NCBI GenBank assembly: GCA_010093815.1
Contig: ML996580.1
DNA: 64,000 bases
Origin: Pseudovirgaria hyperparasitica
Lineage: Eukaryota
Strand: one strand, 5' to 3'
A program made the translations under genes and the position numbers. How positions within the stretch are numbered: the first letter of the stretch is position 1; each line of letters starts with the position of its first letter. A model generated the notes under the pieces. It saw only the letters and a list, made by a program, of their open reading frames with translations, searched no databases and was not told the origin of the DNA. This document shows, one piece after another, positions 1-13,625 of this stretch.

Positions 1-706
1 TTGACGCTTTGTAGCCATCACCGAACACTCGTCATTTGGTCTAGCGATGTCGTTATCCAGGGACCATACACGCTACTCTCAATCAGGCACGAACTCCCGC
101 GTCAGTCTCACCGAACCAATCAGATCCACAGAAACATTTACCACATTCTAAATGGTCGTACCTTGCATGATGAGGTGAAACCACAATCATCAGCATTCAC
201 GTTGTGGTGCGGCGCAACGAAGACTCTGTTAAAGAATTACAGCTCTCTCCTGCCATACAAGCTATTCAAGTCGACGTCGGGAATCGGGTCGGTAGTGAGA
301 CCTGCACCTCAATCATTGACGCTGCGAGCACCACGCGGGCTGACGTTTGCAAGGCTTACCGATCTATAAGCCAAAGACGATTGTTGCGCCTGTCCTGTTT
401 CGATTAGCTGCCGGAACTAGCCCTGGGAAACCTATATCTGATGTGCTTTGTCACCCTACTCGCACGCAATCGATATAATCCAGCACATCATGCACACCGC
501 AATACGTATCTGACCCTTGCATTCTCGCCCCTGCTCCATAATCCGGGGTAGTGGAATTACTATTGCGTGATTCTAACAGACACTTATAAGTTCTTAAGGT
601 CACTTATTACATTTCTCAGTTCGAATATCAACACGAAACACTACTTAACTGCAGGCGTTTCTGCACAAAAGACCCAAATATTCAACCTTCTTAACCATCT
701 ATCATC

Positions 707-1912
707 ATGGCTCCGGGACTGATCGACGCTGTCTCTGTTGTACCGCAGGCTATCAATGCCGCGAAGAAGCGTGACAGCGTTGTTTCCAATGCGTCATCTG
801 TACAGTCTGTCCTTGGATACGAGCCAGGCCGAACCCATGTCGACACTTACGAAGAATACGAACATGAAGACCTCAAACCCCACTTTCCAGATGTCAAATG
901 GCCCGAACTAGAGGAGGTCTCATATCAAGATAAAGGTATCCAAGGCGATCCCAACTTCAAGAACCTACTTGCGGATGCAACCGACATATTCGATTACAAC
1001 CCGAAGCTCGGCACCGAAATTCATGGGGTGAACCTAGCCAAACTCACAAATGCACAGAAAGATGACCTTGCGCGTCTTATAGCTACACGCGGCGTTGTCT
1101 TCTTCAGAGACCAACAGGATCTCGATATCAACGCACAGCGGGAACTCGGTGTCTATTTTGGTACTCTTCACAAGCATGCTACAACAATGACTCCACAGAA
1201 TGGTCTGGATGATGTTCACGTCGTATACGCAGCTGAGGGCGGTAAAGACAATAGAGCATTCTTTTCACCCAGCTTCCTGTGGCACTCGGACGTCACATAC
1301 GAGATCCAGCCACCTTCATACACTTCACTGAAGCTTCTCTCCGGGCCTCCACGAGGCGGAGGTGGAGACACTCTCTGGTCTAGTCAATATGCAGCTTACG
1401 ATGCACTGAGCTCGCATATGCAAAAGTATCTCGAAGGCCTTACAGCCTTGCACTCCGCCGAGCTTCAGGCGGAAGGCTCACGATCGCTTGGCCGACCAGT
1501 CCGTCGAGAGCCAGTCACCACCGAGCACCCTCTGATCCGGGTCAACCCAGTAACCCGGTGGAAGTCTCTCTTCTACAACCCTGGCTTCGTCACGGCCATC
1601 GTTGGCATTCCTAAGGTCGAGAGCGACGCCATCATTCGTTATTTGAATGAGGTGATCTCTACGACCAATGAGCTTCACGTCCGATTTCAGTGGAACAAGA
1701 ATGACGTCGCATTCTGGGACAACAGAGTCACTAACCATTCGGCGTCATACGGTTTCGCTCCTCATCGTCGACACGCTGTTCGTGTGGCAGCTACTGGAGA
1801 GCGACCTGTCTACGACCCAACTGGTAAATCCCAAGAAGAAGAATACAATGCCAAGTATGGTCTTCCAGCGGTCAACAAGGACGGAGCGGGTATTGCAAAC
1901 TACAACGACTGA
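707..1912 (+). CDS. TauD/TfdA-family Fe(II)/alpha-ketoglutarate-dependent (sulfonate) dioxygenase, JLP1-like
   Basis: Intronless 401-aa ORF. WHSDVTY carries the HxD iron ligands; GGGDTLWS, HPLIRVNP and FWDNRVTNH (distal His) motifs; RGVVFFRDQ typical of the TauD family. Confidence 0.93.
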   Translation: MAPGLIDAVSVVPQAINAAKKRDSVVSNASSVQSVLGYEPGRTHVDTYEEYEHEDLKPHFPDVKWPELEEVSYQDKGIQGDPNFKNLLADATDIFDYNPKLGTEIHGVNLAKLTNAQKDDLARLIATRGVVFFRDQQDLDINAQRELGVYFGTLHKHATTMTPQNGLDDVHVVYAAEGGKDNRAFFSPSFLWHSDVTYEIQPPSYTSLKLLSGPPRGGGGDTLWSSQYAAYDALSSHMQKYLEGLTALHSAELQAEGSRSLGRPVRREPVTTEHPLIRVNPVTRWKSLFYNPGFVTAIVGIPKVESDAIIRYLNEVISTTNELHVRFQWNKNDVAFWDNRVTNHSASYGFAPHRRHAVRVAATGERPVYDPTGKSQEEEYNAKYGLPAVNKDGAGIANYND

Positions 1913-2279
1913 ATCTGTGACAAGACAGATTCCTACTAAGGGAGGACACAGGCGTTCTATATTATCATAATTTCTGCGATTTAGCGGGCGTATGAGGTCT
2001 ACGACGGGTGAACAGAGTTCAACTTTATGTTAACTATGAACGAATCTTGTTTCTTCAGACAGGCGTTCATACCATGAATCCGCGTTCGAAGACATTCATA
2101 GATCTGTACTATATTGAAATCTAGAGAAGATAAAGTCCTTCGAACTTCCTATGTCTGATAAATTTTAAGCACATTGTTGTGACTGCATCACGTGGGATTC
2201 GCGCTCATCTCTAGTCTTCAGTGAGCTCATTGCGACAGTATCTCGAACTTCTGGGTCTTATACGTCCAGATCTCTCGCA

Positions 2280-5200
2280 ATGGATGATGTCTTCACAGGT
2301 TTTCTCGCGCGTAGCTCGTCTGAAGACAAATATGACGATGAAACTTCGAGTAGCGTCTTTGACAACAACGTGCTTGAGTATGCGCGCCATCATAAATTGA
2401 CTACCAACTATACTATTCAACCATCACTTGCAATAGAGTCGCTGCCCTCACCTTCTGCATGCTCTCCGGGTAAGCCTAGCGAACAGGATGACCTTGATAG
2501 TCTCGACGTACTGGCTCGTGTGAACATCAATGAAAAGTTGATGGTTGACGCAGGCACACGTGTCTTCTTGAGTGCAGTCCTTAGTAGACCTCACAAAGGA
2601 GAGCACCTCGATGAAACGCCCGCTACTCGTCCTCGTATTGCAACGCTGAAGCTCGAGGAACCCATCATACATACCGATCCTGAGCTTGATTTGCGAGCTT
2701 TCGGAAGTTTCTACAGCCCAGACCTCCGTCAGGTAAAGCTATCAATTGAAATCGCTGACATAGAGAAGGATGAAGGGCTCGAATGGCCTCAGGCTATCCT
2801 CGATATTCCGGCTATAGTTGATCAGCAGGTTTCTTCTGAGAAATGGGAAGGATCACGAGATGCGTTTCTCTTCTTGCAGGAATGTATGCGTGCTCCAGCA
2901 TTACGTCTGGACGCCATCGCAAAGTATAAACGGGTTCGTAGGTCGCTGTGTATCATTGAGCATCACGACTAGCTGACACTGGTAGAATACTGCAAAGGAT
3001 CCAGTAACTCCACCTCTCCTGTCACTCTCGCCGCCGACATCACCATTTATGCCGTCCCAGAGAGTCGGCTTCATAGAGATGGAATCGTCTGCATCGAACT
3101 CCACTGCTGCAGAGGCTCAGGCTATCGAAACAAGCATCATGGCTGACGATGCGATCTTACTACCTCCTATCATCGAGAACATGAAGGATGAGACACTCGC
3201 ACCAACCTTCCACTCAGACTCTCAGGATTCCATGCTTTTAGAAGGCCCACTTGCGTCGCACTGCTCACCATTTGCACTAGTGACTTCCACTACGGTGTCT
3301 TCGTTTTATAAGCGCAAGAGTGATATAAAAGTCGAAGTACCGTTGACTCCGACATACCACCCATCGAAGTCAGAAACCTCCACTGGGAAGAGAATCAAGA
3401 CTTTAGAGTTTCCGAAGACGTTGCATGAGTATACAGCTGAGCTTCCCTCGTTGTACGAAAATGGAGATGACTGTCTAGGTTCCCAGAATAGCTTTGAGGC
3501 TTTCTTCAGGGAAACCGTAGAGCCGATTGCCGAAGCTGTCAACCGTAACGTCGAACAGGAACAACTCCAAGAAGTTGATACGACAAGACGCGTTACTGTT
3601 CCTGCAGTTGATATGAAGCTACCAATTCCTCCCTGGGATCCGCAGGACGTCGCTTGTGTTGGCCGTAATCAGGCTTGCCAGAGCTTACTTCACAAGACTA
3701 AGAAGTACGACCTCACCTTTATGCGCCACTGGCCTGGTGTTTCCAAGGTCGAGCGAACCATGCCCTGGAGTCCGTTCGACCCTAAGCTAGGTGCCATGGC
3801 CGTAGACGAGACAATCCAAGACGACAAAGCGCTTGCAGCGATGATGCATGAGGCAGCCCCGGAAGTAGTGACTAGCTCTCAGCTTATATGGAAACCCGAT
3901 GGTCTTCGCATCTTGGATAAAAACGATGAGTCGGAGGACGAACTCGAGCCTGGTGTTTTTGAAGACGAAAATGAGCTATCAGCCCTTTTGAGAAAGCGGA
4001 AAATAGAGATCGATCAAGATACATCCGCATTGACGGGAGGTATTGAGCGGCGAAGCAAAATGATGCGACCAGGCGAGGGCGAGAACGTTAGGACAGAAGC
4101 GACTTTTGATGTGCTGAGGTCAATCATCAATGAACACTCAGCCGACTCTCCTAGCCAGAGGGAAGCTCAATGCTCTCGAACTGGAAAGCTTCAACCTGAA
4201 GACACGACAGCTTCGACCGTGACCTTCGCTAGTGAAGGTTTCTTTTCCACCACCAAGGCGCTGCACCAATTCATGCTGATTCAAGGCAACAAGATGCCAA
4301 TACCCCAGCATCCATGTACGAGATCAGCCCATAAGCAGGAGCCCGCCCAAACCTCTAAGCAGAACAAGAATGAAGCACTCAGGATACAGTTACAGTCACA
4401 GCTCCCTCCAGCACCCATCCATACCCCTATTTCCGTCCCGACCTGGTCTCTCCCCTCCCCACTGCCCAAGACATCAATGATATTCTCCACAAACCTCTTA
4501 ACCCACTTCCGGCCCCTCGTCCGCACACTACAATCCATACACCCAGACCTCGCTTTCATAGAGCGCGACTTCGAATCCGCTATCTCACCAGTAACCGAAG
4601 CAGATATCATCCTTTCACCCGCGACCGCAATCTTTCTCACCTCTATTCAGAAGATTAAACAGCGGAGTCTGCCTGGCCAAGCGAGCAGACCAGGCGTGAA
4701 GAACCAAATCACCGCGATGACGGAGCGCTATGAACGTGTGCTTGTCTTTGTCGGGACGATCACCAGCACAACAAACGTTCAGCGACCGCCAGGGTTTCCA
4801 GCAGCATACACAGCTGGATTGCAGAACGGACTCTTGACTAGAGCATCAGCAGGACACACCTCAGTCGATACTACTACCACCATCTCCACCAATACAGATA
4901 CCCTCAGCTATGATGATGTCCCGCTCGACACCTCCGACGCCATCGCCTTCGCCCAACTCAGCATATACTGCAGCCTGCTCCCAGGCGACGTCATCGTCGT
5001 ATACATCCCAGGCGGCCTAACACACATGGCGCACGCGACCCTACACGCACAAGCTCGGTACGGCCAGCCAGCAGTAGAGACACCAACACCAACAGGAACA
5101 GCAGCAGCAGCAGAAGCAGTAGCAATAGTACAGCAGCCAAATCTACAAACTCCCTCTGTGTCCCCAATCGTCCTCCTTCCCGACGAAACCCTCTGGGAAC

Positions 5201-5553
5201 TCTTCCTTCGCCGCGCCGGCCTGAACGCATACGCAGCACAAAGCATTCTCTGCGCACTCCGATCGCGTCCTCACAACACCCTCGCCACACCACTCACCGC
5301 CCCAGCAGACGTCATCTCCGTCGATACTTGTGTCCACGAAGACACCAGCCCAACAGCAACCACAGTGACCGGTCTACCAGCATTCCTACTTATGAGCCAG
5401 GCAGAGCGCGAGGCGCAGTTCGGCGCCATGCTAGGCGGGACGCGGATTCTGAGGAGAGTTGGACGGGTAGTGGATGGTGGGTGGCCGAGTGCGAGGAATG
5501 GGTTCTGCGGGGTGGGGAAGGAGGAGGGGGAAGGGGAGGGGAATATGCAGTGA
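2280..5553 (+). CDS. Large protein with C-terminal XPF/ERCC4-like fold plus HhH/SAM-like region; candidate Zip2/SHOC1 orthologue. Exons 2280-2933, 2986-5553
   Basis: A phase-0 intron 2934-2985 (GTTCGT...GCTGAC...TAG) joins the two ORFs in frame. C-terminal motifs FIERDF, EADIILSPATAI, ERYERVLVFV, ETLWELFLRRAGLNAYAAQSIL. Gene structure is solid; family identity is inference. Confidence 0.75.
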
Positions 5554-6330
5554 AGAGTGACCAGTCAACGATGAACAGTGGTGGTGATACGTGGGAAAGA
5601 AGTATAACCCCTTGTTCCGTTTGTGTACCTGTGCGTGCGTGCTAATTAGAGCGAGAGATGCGATTTCCTAAGAGGGGAATCCAGACCTGAGAACGTCAAT
5701 GACTGTTCGTAGCGATGACTCAGCAGTAATAAATGGTATGAGCGGGTATGGAAGGTATGACTACGGTACACACACCCGTCCATGCGGCATGATGAAACAG
5801 CGCCGTGAATAGAACCATGGTCATGTGGTCTACGGAAGGTGGAGACGACTAATCATTATTGACACGTGGAAAGTCGGGTCAAGTCAAGTCAGGATTGGTA
5901 GTTCAACGTAAAGGTGGAATGATTGTACGCGTACACGACGGAAGTTCAATGAGGTATTGTACACATATGCTGATGAACAGCGAGTGAAAAAAAATTTGAA
6001 AAAGCCGCACCATGGAAAAGACCCCGAGACCAGATGCAACGCTAAAAAAGACTCGAGTGTATTGAAAACAGGATACAGGGATAAGTGAAACATACGATTG
6101 GACGTCAGAACGTCCAGAGGAAAAAAGACATATATCGTTAACCCAGGCTCGTGATCACGTGAGCTGCGTCGCCCCCCTTAACTCCGGCCCATCGCGCCTT
6201 AGGCGCTACAATGCATGCGATGGGGCTTCACACAATTGAAATTCGACGAGCGTTGACAAGGCATATCCTCGATGAAGAAGCACGGTGCGCTACCAAAGCA
6301 GTCCGCCGAAGATAGCGATGCAACAATCGT

Positions 6331-7209
6331 TCAGCCTCCATAGGGACTGTTATACCTGTCCACAAGGTCGAACGTATGCGGATTGCTCGTCAAACCAGGC
6401 TGCGTGCATGCCAACGTCGTGTCCAACGTCACTCCAACCCCTGAATGTGGATGACTGATTAGATTCGAAGAGGAAACGCGCGAAAGGGAGCTTGCGTACC
6501 CGATATCTGAATGTGGTGTGTAGGAGTTGATTGGAAGAGGCCACTGGCAATTTGGGCCCAGATCGTACTGGTAGCTGAGATGTGGGAAGGTGCCGGGCTC
6601 TGAGGTGTATTCCTCAGAGGGTGGAGCGGAGAAGTGAGAGTACGAAGAGTGTGCATCGCTGACTGAGATGGGTGAGGGATTGGAGTGCGGACTTCCGGAG
6701 CGCGTGGTGTCATGCTGGAGGCTGGGTGTGTGATAGCGACGTACAGCAACAGGCACACTGGTAGAGCTGATCGGGTGAGGAGAGTCGCGAGCTACCCAGT
6801 CCTGGGTTGCACTTGAGCTTTCTTCGGTGTAGTGCACCCGTCGACCAAGCAGGTTGTTCAACGAAGTCGACGAGGTCAGCGTCTGGGAGTCTTCTGATGA
6901 GGCGTTTAGACAGGAATTGACTTCTGCTTCGGAGACGCCCTTTTCTCGCAGTAGTGCTCTCAGTCTCTTGTTCTCGTCTAGCACCTTGCGAGCAGCAGCT
7001 TGGACTTCAGCAGAAGCCTCAATGCCAAGCTGTTGACATGCTCTGTACTTCTGCTCAAGCTCCTGGAGGTACTCCTTCCGGCGAGCACGCGATCGGCGCT
7101 GGTTGTCGCGGATGCGTGCGAGGTTGTTCTTCTGTATAAGTGGTTAGTTGACAAGCGTACTGAGAGCCGAGAGGGAGAAGAGACGTACAGGAATCTTGCT
7201 TTCGCCCAT
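6331..7209 (-). CDS. bZIP transcription factor. Exons 7209-7189, 7131-6331
   Basis: Spliced product MGESKIP/KNNLARIRDNQRRSRARRKEYLQELEQKYRACQQLGIEASAEVQAAARKVLDENKRLRALL shows a basic region and zipper. Intron 7188-7132 GTACGT...CTAAC...CAG. Confidence 0.92.
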
Positions 7210-7303
7210 GGTGTCCAGCAGTCAGTAGTCAACAGTCAACAGTCAACAGTCAGCATTGGAGGTCGAAGTGGAGCCTGGATTTCCACAGGGCATGACGGAG
7301 GTG

Positions 7304-7309
7304 TTTATA
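7304..7309 (-). promoter_or_regulatory. Putative TATA box of the bZIP gene
   Basis: TATAAA on the minus strand about 95 nt upstream of the ATG at 7209. Confidence 0.45.
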
Positions 7310-9271
7310 GTCTTGAGGGAAAGAAGTGGAACCGCCACGGCTGGCACACCATCTTCAAACAATTTGGTCCGAGCATTTTTGCAGGGGCGCAACGTGGAGT
7401 GGCATCAAGTGTGGTAAGAGGTTGAGGTGGTGAGCAGTTCAGGTTCAGGTTCGGGTTTGGTGGTGGATTGATTGATGGATGGATGGGTGGATGAATTAGT
7501 GGGAAAGACGCACGAGCCCATCCGCTTTCTGCTAGCGGGCCAAGTAGGGCCGTTGTTAAGAGGCCTTGGAAGCAAATCGCGCAGCACAGGTGGCAGCAGC
7601 GCTGGGAAGACTTGCGGCAGCATGAGGGCACAGGGCAGAGCGTAAATTAGAAAAATATAGGATCCCAGAGAGTAGAGACGGCCGGTACAGGCACCCGGCT
7701 GAGGCACGCGGTAGAGAAAGGAGAGGCACCAGAAGCAGCATAGAAGCAAAAGTAGAAGCAGAAAAGCATTCACTCTACACAGCGCATCCCTGTTTTGCGT
7801 CGACGCCGCCTACACCATCACCAGTACATACACTTCTTATCACCTCTTACCTACCCAGTAGCTCCCGAACACATCCACGACCTACGCCTATATAGTATAT
7901 CACACACTTGACCGCATCCCTCTTCTACCCTTGTTCCCTCCCGCAGCTTGGCTGCCAGTGCTGTTCCTCCCCTGTAACCATCTACACTACTCGCCGCTAC
8001 GCAGACTGCACGACACTCCACTCTACTTGCCTCACCTCTCTTCCAATTCCCGTTTTGTCTCTGCTCCCGGGCGGAGATGGTGATGAAGATCGAGCACAAT
8101 CATGTCGGCCGCGGTTCACGACGCCCCCACCCTGCGAGCCAGACAATGATACACGTAGGATGATTATACTGTGTGCAGGAGCAGTCGTCTGCATAGATGG
8201 CTCTGCTGGTATGCTCCTGTCTAAGAGTCTATTTTTGCTCTGAGGACCTAGTACAATCCACTAGCATGCATGACGAGGGCATATCTCAACGCATGAGAAC
8301 TTTGCCCTGAATGTCACAAATCTAAAAGTCAAGATTCCCCAGACGTAAGTATCAGGCAGGGGGCATAATCTTGGGTGGCCCGGCATCATGTTTTCCCTGG
8401 CTGGTGTGTTTACGTATTTACCTCCTGGGAATGTCGGAAAGGATTGTTTCGTCGAGTCAGGAAGGCTCATCAGCACACCTGCGACTTTGACGGCTAGCAG
8501 CTGGATCAAGTCTCTCCTGATGATAGCGGGCGTATGGTGTCAGAGGCTCAACAAGGCCATGGTGGATAGAGGACGACTCGTTTCGGATATCCGTCTACAC
8601 CTTGCAAGTAAAGGGTGGAAAGGGCGCCAGGCGTCATTTGTGTTGCTGTTGAGGTGGTAATTGGCCAGACAGGTCCCACACGGTGCATCCTGGGCCCCGT
8701 CCGAGATGGAGGCATGGAAAGTTGAAACTGCCATCAGCGGGCCTTTGCTGTCTGCAAGGGCAAAGGCATGCAGTATGCTCGTGCTGTCTCCTAGGGCTGG
8801 CTCTTCGAAACCAGTTGCCGGCATAAATGTGCCTATTTACGGGTGTACCGATCCAGAGTCCTCGTGGGCGGGCAATAACACAACCTGGACGCTGGCTGGC
8901 CAACCCCAAAATCAATCGAACCCCTGACGGTCGAGCCATCTCCTTGATTTTGCCGACTATCTGTTGAGCCTTATAACGCTAGATCCTCCGCTAGTCCGTG
9001 TTGGGCTAGCGTATACCTATAGAACATTCTTCGCATCTTCCATGTCCAATATATCGCTCGAGCCCTACACCTCCTCTAACCCAGGCGGAAAATATGCCAC
9101 AACGCATCTCGGTCTCATCGTTGATCTCTCTCGCCCTTTTGCTGCGTGGCGCGGGCAAATTCAACGGCTCGTATTCGTGTGTCCTAACAGACATGCACAA
9201 GCTATGTGCAGAGGCCGGCTTGTTGAGGGGCAAAACTCTGCAGAAGGCGTGTATTCCTCCTCGACAAAGAT

Positions 9272-9305
9272 CAAGGTCAAGGTCAAGGTCAAGGTCAGGG
9301 TCAAG
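9272..9305. repeat. (CAAGGT)n hexanucleotide tandem repeat
   Basis: caaggtcaaggtcaaggtcaaggtcagggtcaag seen directly. Confidence 0.85.
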
Positions 9306-12300
9306 ATCTCACAGTACATGAAGGTAGAATCTCTCATTAGGTGCGCAGAACTGCGGGCTCACGTGCGTCTGTACTGTGGTGGATGCGGGAGCTATACATT
9401 ACAATGGACTGTTTACGCGCAGTTGCAGGGCCGCGGCTGATGCCGATACACCAAACAGTCAATTGTACAAACTCCAGAGGCTGATGATGATACTGAGTAC
9501 TTGCTCACTGCTAGGGGTCTGGTGCGGCGTGGTGTTTGGGTGTTTCCATGGTGTTTGGGTCCATGATGCGACCGAGGCCAAGAGCCCAGTGTGAGGGGTG
9601 AGGCAACCCCCACCTAGCGATACTACCTAGGCATGTATGTCCACTACTACAGTACTATGAGTACGGAAGATTCCAAGGTTGTATGCAGCATGATAAGATG
9701 ATGTGTGGCAGGCATGCATGATGGAATCTGCAGGGGTGCATGGCAGGGAGGCGTGGTGATATGACGGATGGCATGCATGCGAACAGACGATGGCCGGGTT
9801 TGTCTAATACTGAAACAGCGGAGGAGGGAGTACATAATTAGTAGGAGGGATGGTGTACGGGAGCCTCGGGTCAATCCAGCAATTTACTCCCAGTAGACCA
9901 TCCATACTGTCTAGGGAATCATAGTAGGTAGAGGTCCACAGGTCCACAGGTCCACTACCTTAAGGTATATAATTAGTAATTATAGGTAATAAGGTAATAC
10001 CTAGGTACCTAGGTAAATAAGTAAGTAGGTAAGTAGGTAGGTAGGTAGGTCTGTAGTATACGTACACCAGGACACAAATAACGTATGTACCTAGGTAAAT
10101 GGGCCTGCAGGTCCATACTCTTACCTGGTATGTCTTATGTATGTGTTACTGCAGCCGGGATAATGCCTGGCAGCTATCCACGTACAAGGGAAGCCGCTAT
10201 GGAGATGGTGTGACTTTGTACAAACGGTTCCGCCCGATGTGGAACTAGTGCACATCATGACAGGCATATCCCTGCCTATAAGCCTTGGCATGGCTGTCGA
10301 CAAGCAAGAGCAAGCGTGACTTAGCGTGCACACACAGGCCACTAGCGTCCTGATAGCGCCCTGTAGCGTCGTTATGGCCGAGTGTGCATTACTATGTACA
10401 GTAGTCCGTGGGAGAGAGGCGTATGATCAGTTCATTAATACCATCATCACATGATCAGCCTTGCACAAGCTTTGAGCCTCACCCACTCTGTCACTCTCTC
10501 TCCCTCGCAACCTTCACCCTCTCCCTTTCATGGTTCTTCCTTCTAGAACACGTCTTCTGCCGCCAACGTCCTGCACATCAGCCATTTGACACGTCGATTT
10601 GCCCCAGGATGATGCCAACATCTCCTTTGCCCTACCATCAATCATCTACCCATCTTACAGCGCTGTAGCCTCCGAAACCCTGGAAAGTCCGAAACTGAAA
10701 ACTGGAACTATCAACTGTACTATGTATGCAAGTGGAACACGATAAGTGGAATCTCAGAGCCGTTGACAGTGGACTGATATAGCAGCCTTCTAGACCACGA
10801 CCAATCCAGGTACGTACTAATGCGATTATACCGAAACATCGCTCTCGCCGTCGCCGTTGCCGTCGCCATTGCCGTCGCCCAAAGTCTGCTACTATTATTG
10901 TGCTTGATATCATATTACCATTCTCTGCTTCCTGTAGGATCGTGATGCTCCAGCATCGATTGCTTCCATCATCATATGTCACACTTGGCCTTCATGTCTG
11001 GAACTGCCTAGGTGGAAGGCCGAATCGGGACGGACGCTTCTTCGATGATCGACCTCGAGCAGTGTCGCCATGAATGATCGACATGGCTTCTTCACTGCCC
11101 CGCCGCACCTTCCCTGGCCTGACTGGGATGATGCGAAATGTGAAATGTGCAATAATATGAAAAGTGCGCTGGGCGCACCCTCGACACGCAACTCACCGCG
11201 TGGGTTGTTTTTTTGGGCGGGAGGGCATGGCGTGGCATGGCGGTCGGTAATAATTGTGGCCGGTCATGTCCCCGTCCAGTACAGCGCCAACCACGATCTG
11301 GTCCGTGCGGCAGCATCGCACCATCGCACCATCTGCACGACCTGCAGCACCACCAGACTTGCACCTGCCTTGATCGATTCTACTGACAGACATGGACAGG
11401 ATTGGCAGTCACCACCTGCAAGTTGCCAACAGAGTGGACAAACAAACAAACGGAGACAGTTCCTTCCCCACAGAGAAGCTGCACCGTCACCGTCACCGTC
11501 ACCGTCACCTCCGCTCTGTCCACGTGCTCCCGAGCGTGTTCTGCTCTGCTCCGCTCTTTCCTGCTCAAGGTGCTCTGCTCTTTCCTGCTCTTCCGCATTA
11601 ACGCCTGACGTATGAGCTTCAAGTCCGGTCATCTCCGCCAACCATCCACCAATCATATCCCCGGCTTTCCTTGCAGCGTTTAATTCCCCCCAACTCAAAC
11701 TCAACGCAGGCAGCTTCCATCTCAAGGTTCCCTCTTGCTTGACGCATCATCTATTACTGCATTTCTATCAATATACCGTTCTCCCTCCTACCAGGCACAC
11801 CCGTGTGTTGTCGGGCAGCTGTAGATTCTACCATGATGCTCTTGTTTTTTCAATTACCTGAGTCGTCGTGGCGCCAGAGCAAGATCCTTCCGTTCCGAGC
11901 CTAGCATGACTTTGGGCTCATCAGCCCTTTGTCGGCCATCTTCGATCAATCGATCTCGTACCTCAATACTACTGATAACGGTCGGTCAACAGAACAGTCG
12001 TTCCATGCTTGCGCTCAAGTCCACTATGCGAGCACGAGTACGTCGCATTCAACATCATGTCTGTACCACTACCTGTGAACATACACACGTCCTCTTGTCT
12101 AGGTACCGTTGACGCCGTTCGACGTTGACTGCTCATCCTGGACCAGCGGTGTGTTTGCCCAAGCTATTGCTGTTCTATTGCTATTGCTATGGATATGGCT
12201 ATTGCTGTTATGGCAAATGCGGCATGGCTTCTATCAACGTGGCAGATGCTTCTAGCGCGTCTAACGCTCCACACTAGTTACTAGTTGGCCTATTTCCCTT

Positions 12301-13558
12301 CCATGTTCTATTCGATCAATTCTCTATTCCCAGTCCTACTTATTATGTTCTTGTTCCTCACGACACAAGCAAGCATGGTTAGAGATTGACCAGGTTCCTC
12401 TGGTCATGCCATGCTTCCAATGACACTATTCGTAGCCTGATCTGGATATTGCTCAAAGAACAATGCTTCTTTTCGTGCTGCTGTGATGCATCATGCAGAT
12501 AGATGCATGATCTTGTGGACGCTCTTGGAATAGCGGATGCAGCTTGCGCAATTGTGGTTGTGTGAGGGTCTCCGCAATCCCAACCTGACAACACAGAGAT
12601 GGCAAGACCCTTGTCTACCGCTTTTGGTAGCTAGTATAGCCTCTTCACCGCAGCTCCTCTGCATTACGATAGTCTCAATACTATCAATTACTTTGGTTGA
12701 CTCTAACACTGGCCTCGATGCAGGCCAAGCAATAAGTCTTCCAATAAATATTGTCAATACACGTACATCAACACATCATTCGAGCAGATGCAATCAAAAG
12801 CCAAGCGCCGAATGTGCATGATGTATATGCAGAGTGAGTTTCCCAGAGCAACTGTCAAACCTGACCGATGAAAACGGTTCTTTCCCTTTCTGGAACTCTG
12901 GGGTAGATCCGGAGATGGATGGTCCGCCTCCCTACTTGATATTACTGCAAGTGCACGCGCCACGCTGATGTGGCGGTGATCGACAGAATCCCCTCGAAAC
13001 ATACCTTGGTCCACTGGACCTGAGTCTGGAACTGGTGCTGCATCAGGATCTGGAGTGAACGCTACCGGTAACCCTCATCATCCATCATCGCCAATCACCC
13101 ACTATGAAAACTCTCCATCTTGGTTCGGGGTCGCCGGCACCCGCAACCCTGATCTCGACTCAGGAACTTGGTGATCATCATTTGCTCCTTCACCCCACCG
13201 AATCTGATGTGAAAGCTGTAATGATGAGCGTTGAACGGGTAAACGTTAAACGGTGAACGTCGAAATCTTTGCCTAAGCTCCGTCCATCTAATACCACCCG
13301 GCGACGAGCACGACGCTGTCCCGGTCCCCGTTGCCGTTCCCTAGCCTCGCACCCACCACTCTACCAACTCGTGCTCGACCTAGGCGACTCATGCTCGACC
13401 CGGACGACTCATCGCAATAACTGCCCCTTTTTCACCTCATCCCTTTCCATTGAACGCTGTCAATCTTTCTTGCTGCTTAGAGTGCCTTGCTGCTTCGAGT
13501 GCACAACACAATCTACAGCTTGTTCTTCTTACCTGCCTAGCCTCGATTGGAACTTTCG

Positions 13559-13625
13559 ATACATACATACATACATACATACATACATACATACATACAT
13601 ACATACATACATACATACATACATA
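13559..13625. repeat. (ATAC)n microsatellite, about 16 units
   Basis: Perfect tetranucleotide run; marks the left edge of the AT-rich block. Confidence 0.97.

Noticed and set aside
8900..8965. GGTTCGAT on the minus strand, resembling a tRNA T-loop
   Set aside because: No T-stem pairing or cloverleaf can be formed.
10112..10130. atactcttacctgg resembling the U1 snRNA 5' end
   Set aside because: Imperfect match; no U1 stem-loops or Sm site recognised downstream.
13220..13290. ATGATGA C-box-like motif (snoRNA)
   Set aside because: No suitably placed CTGA D box or terminal stem.
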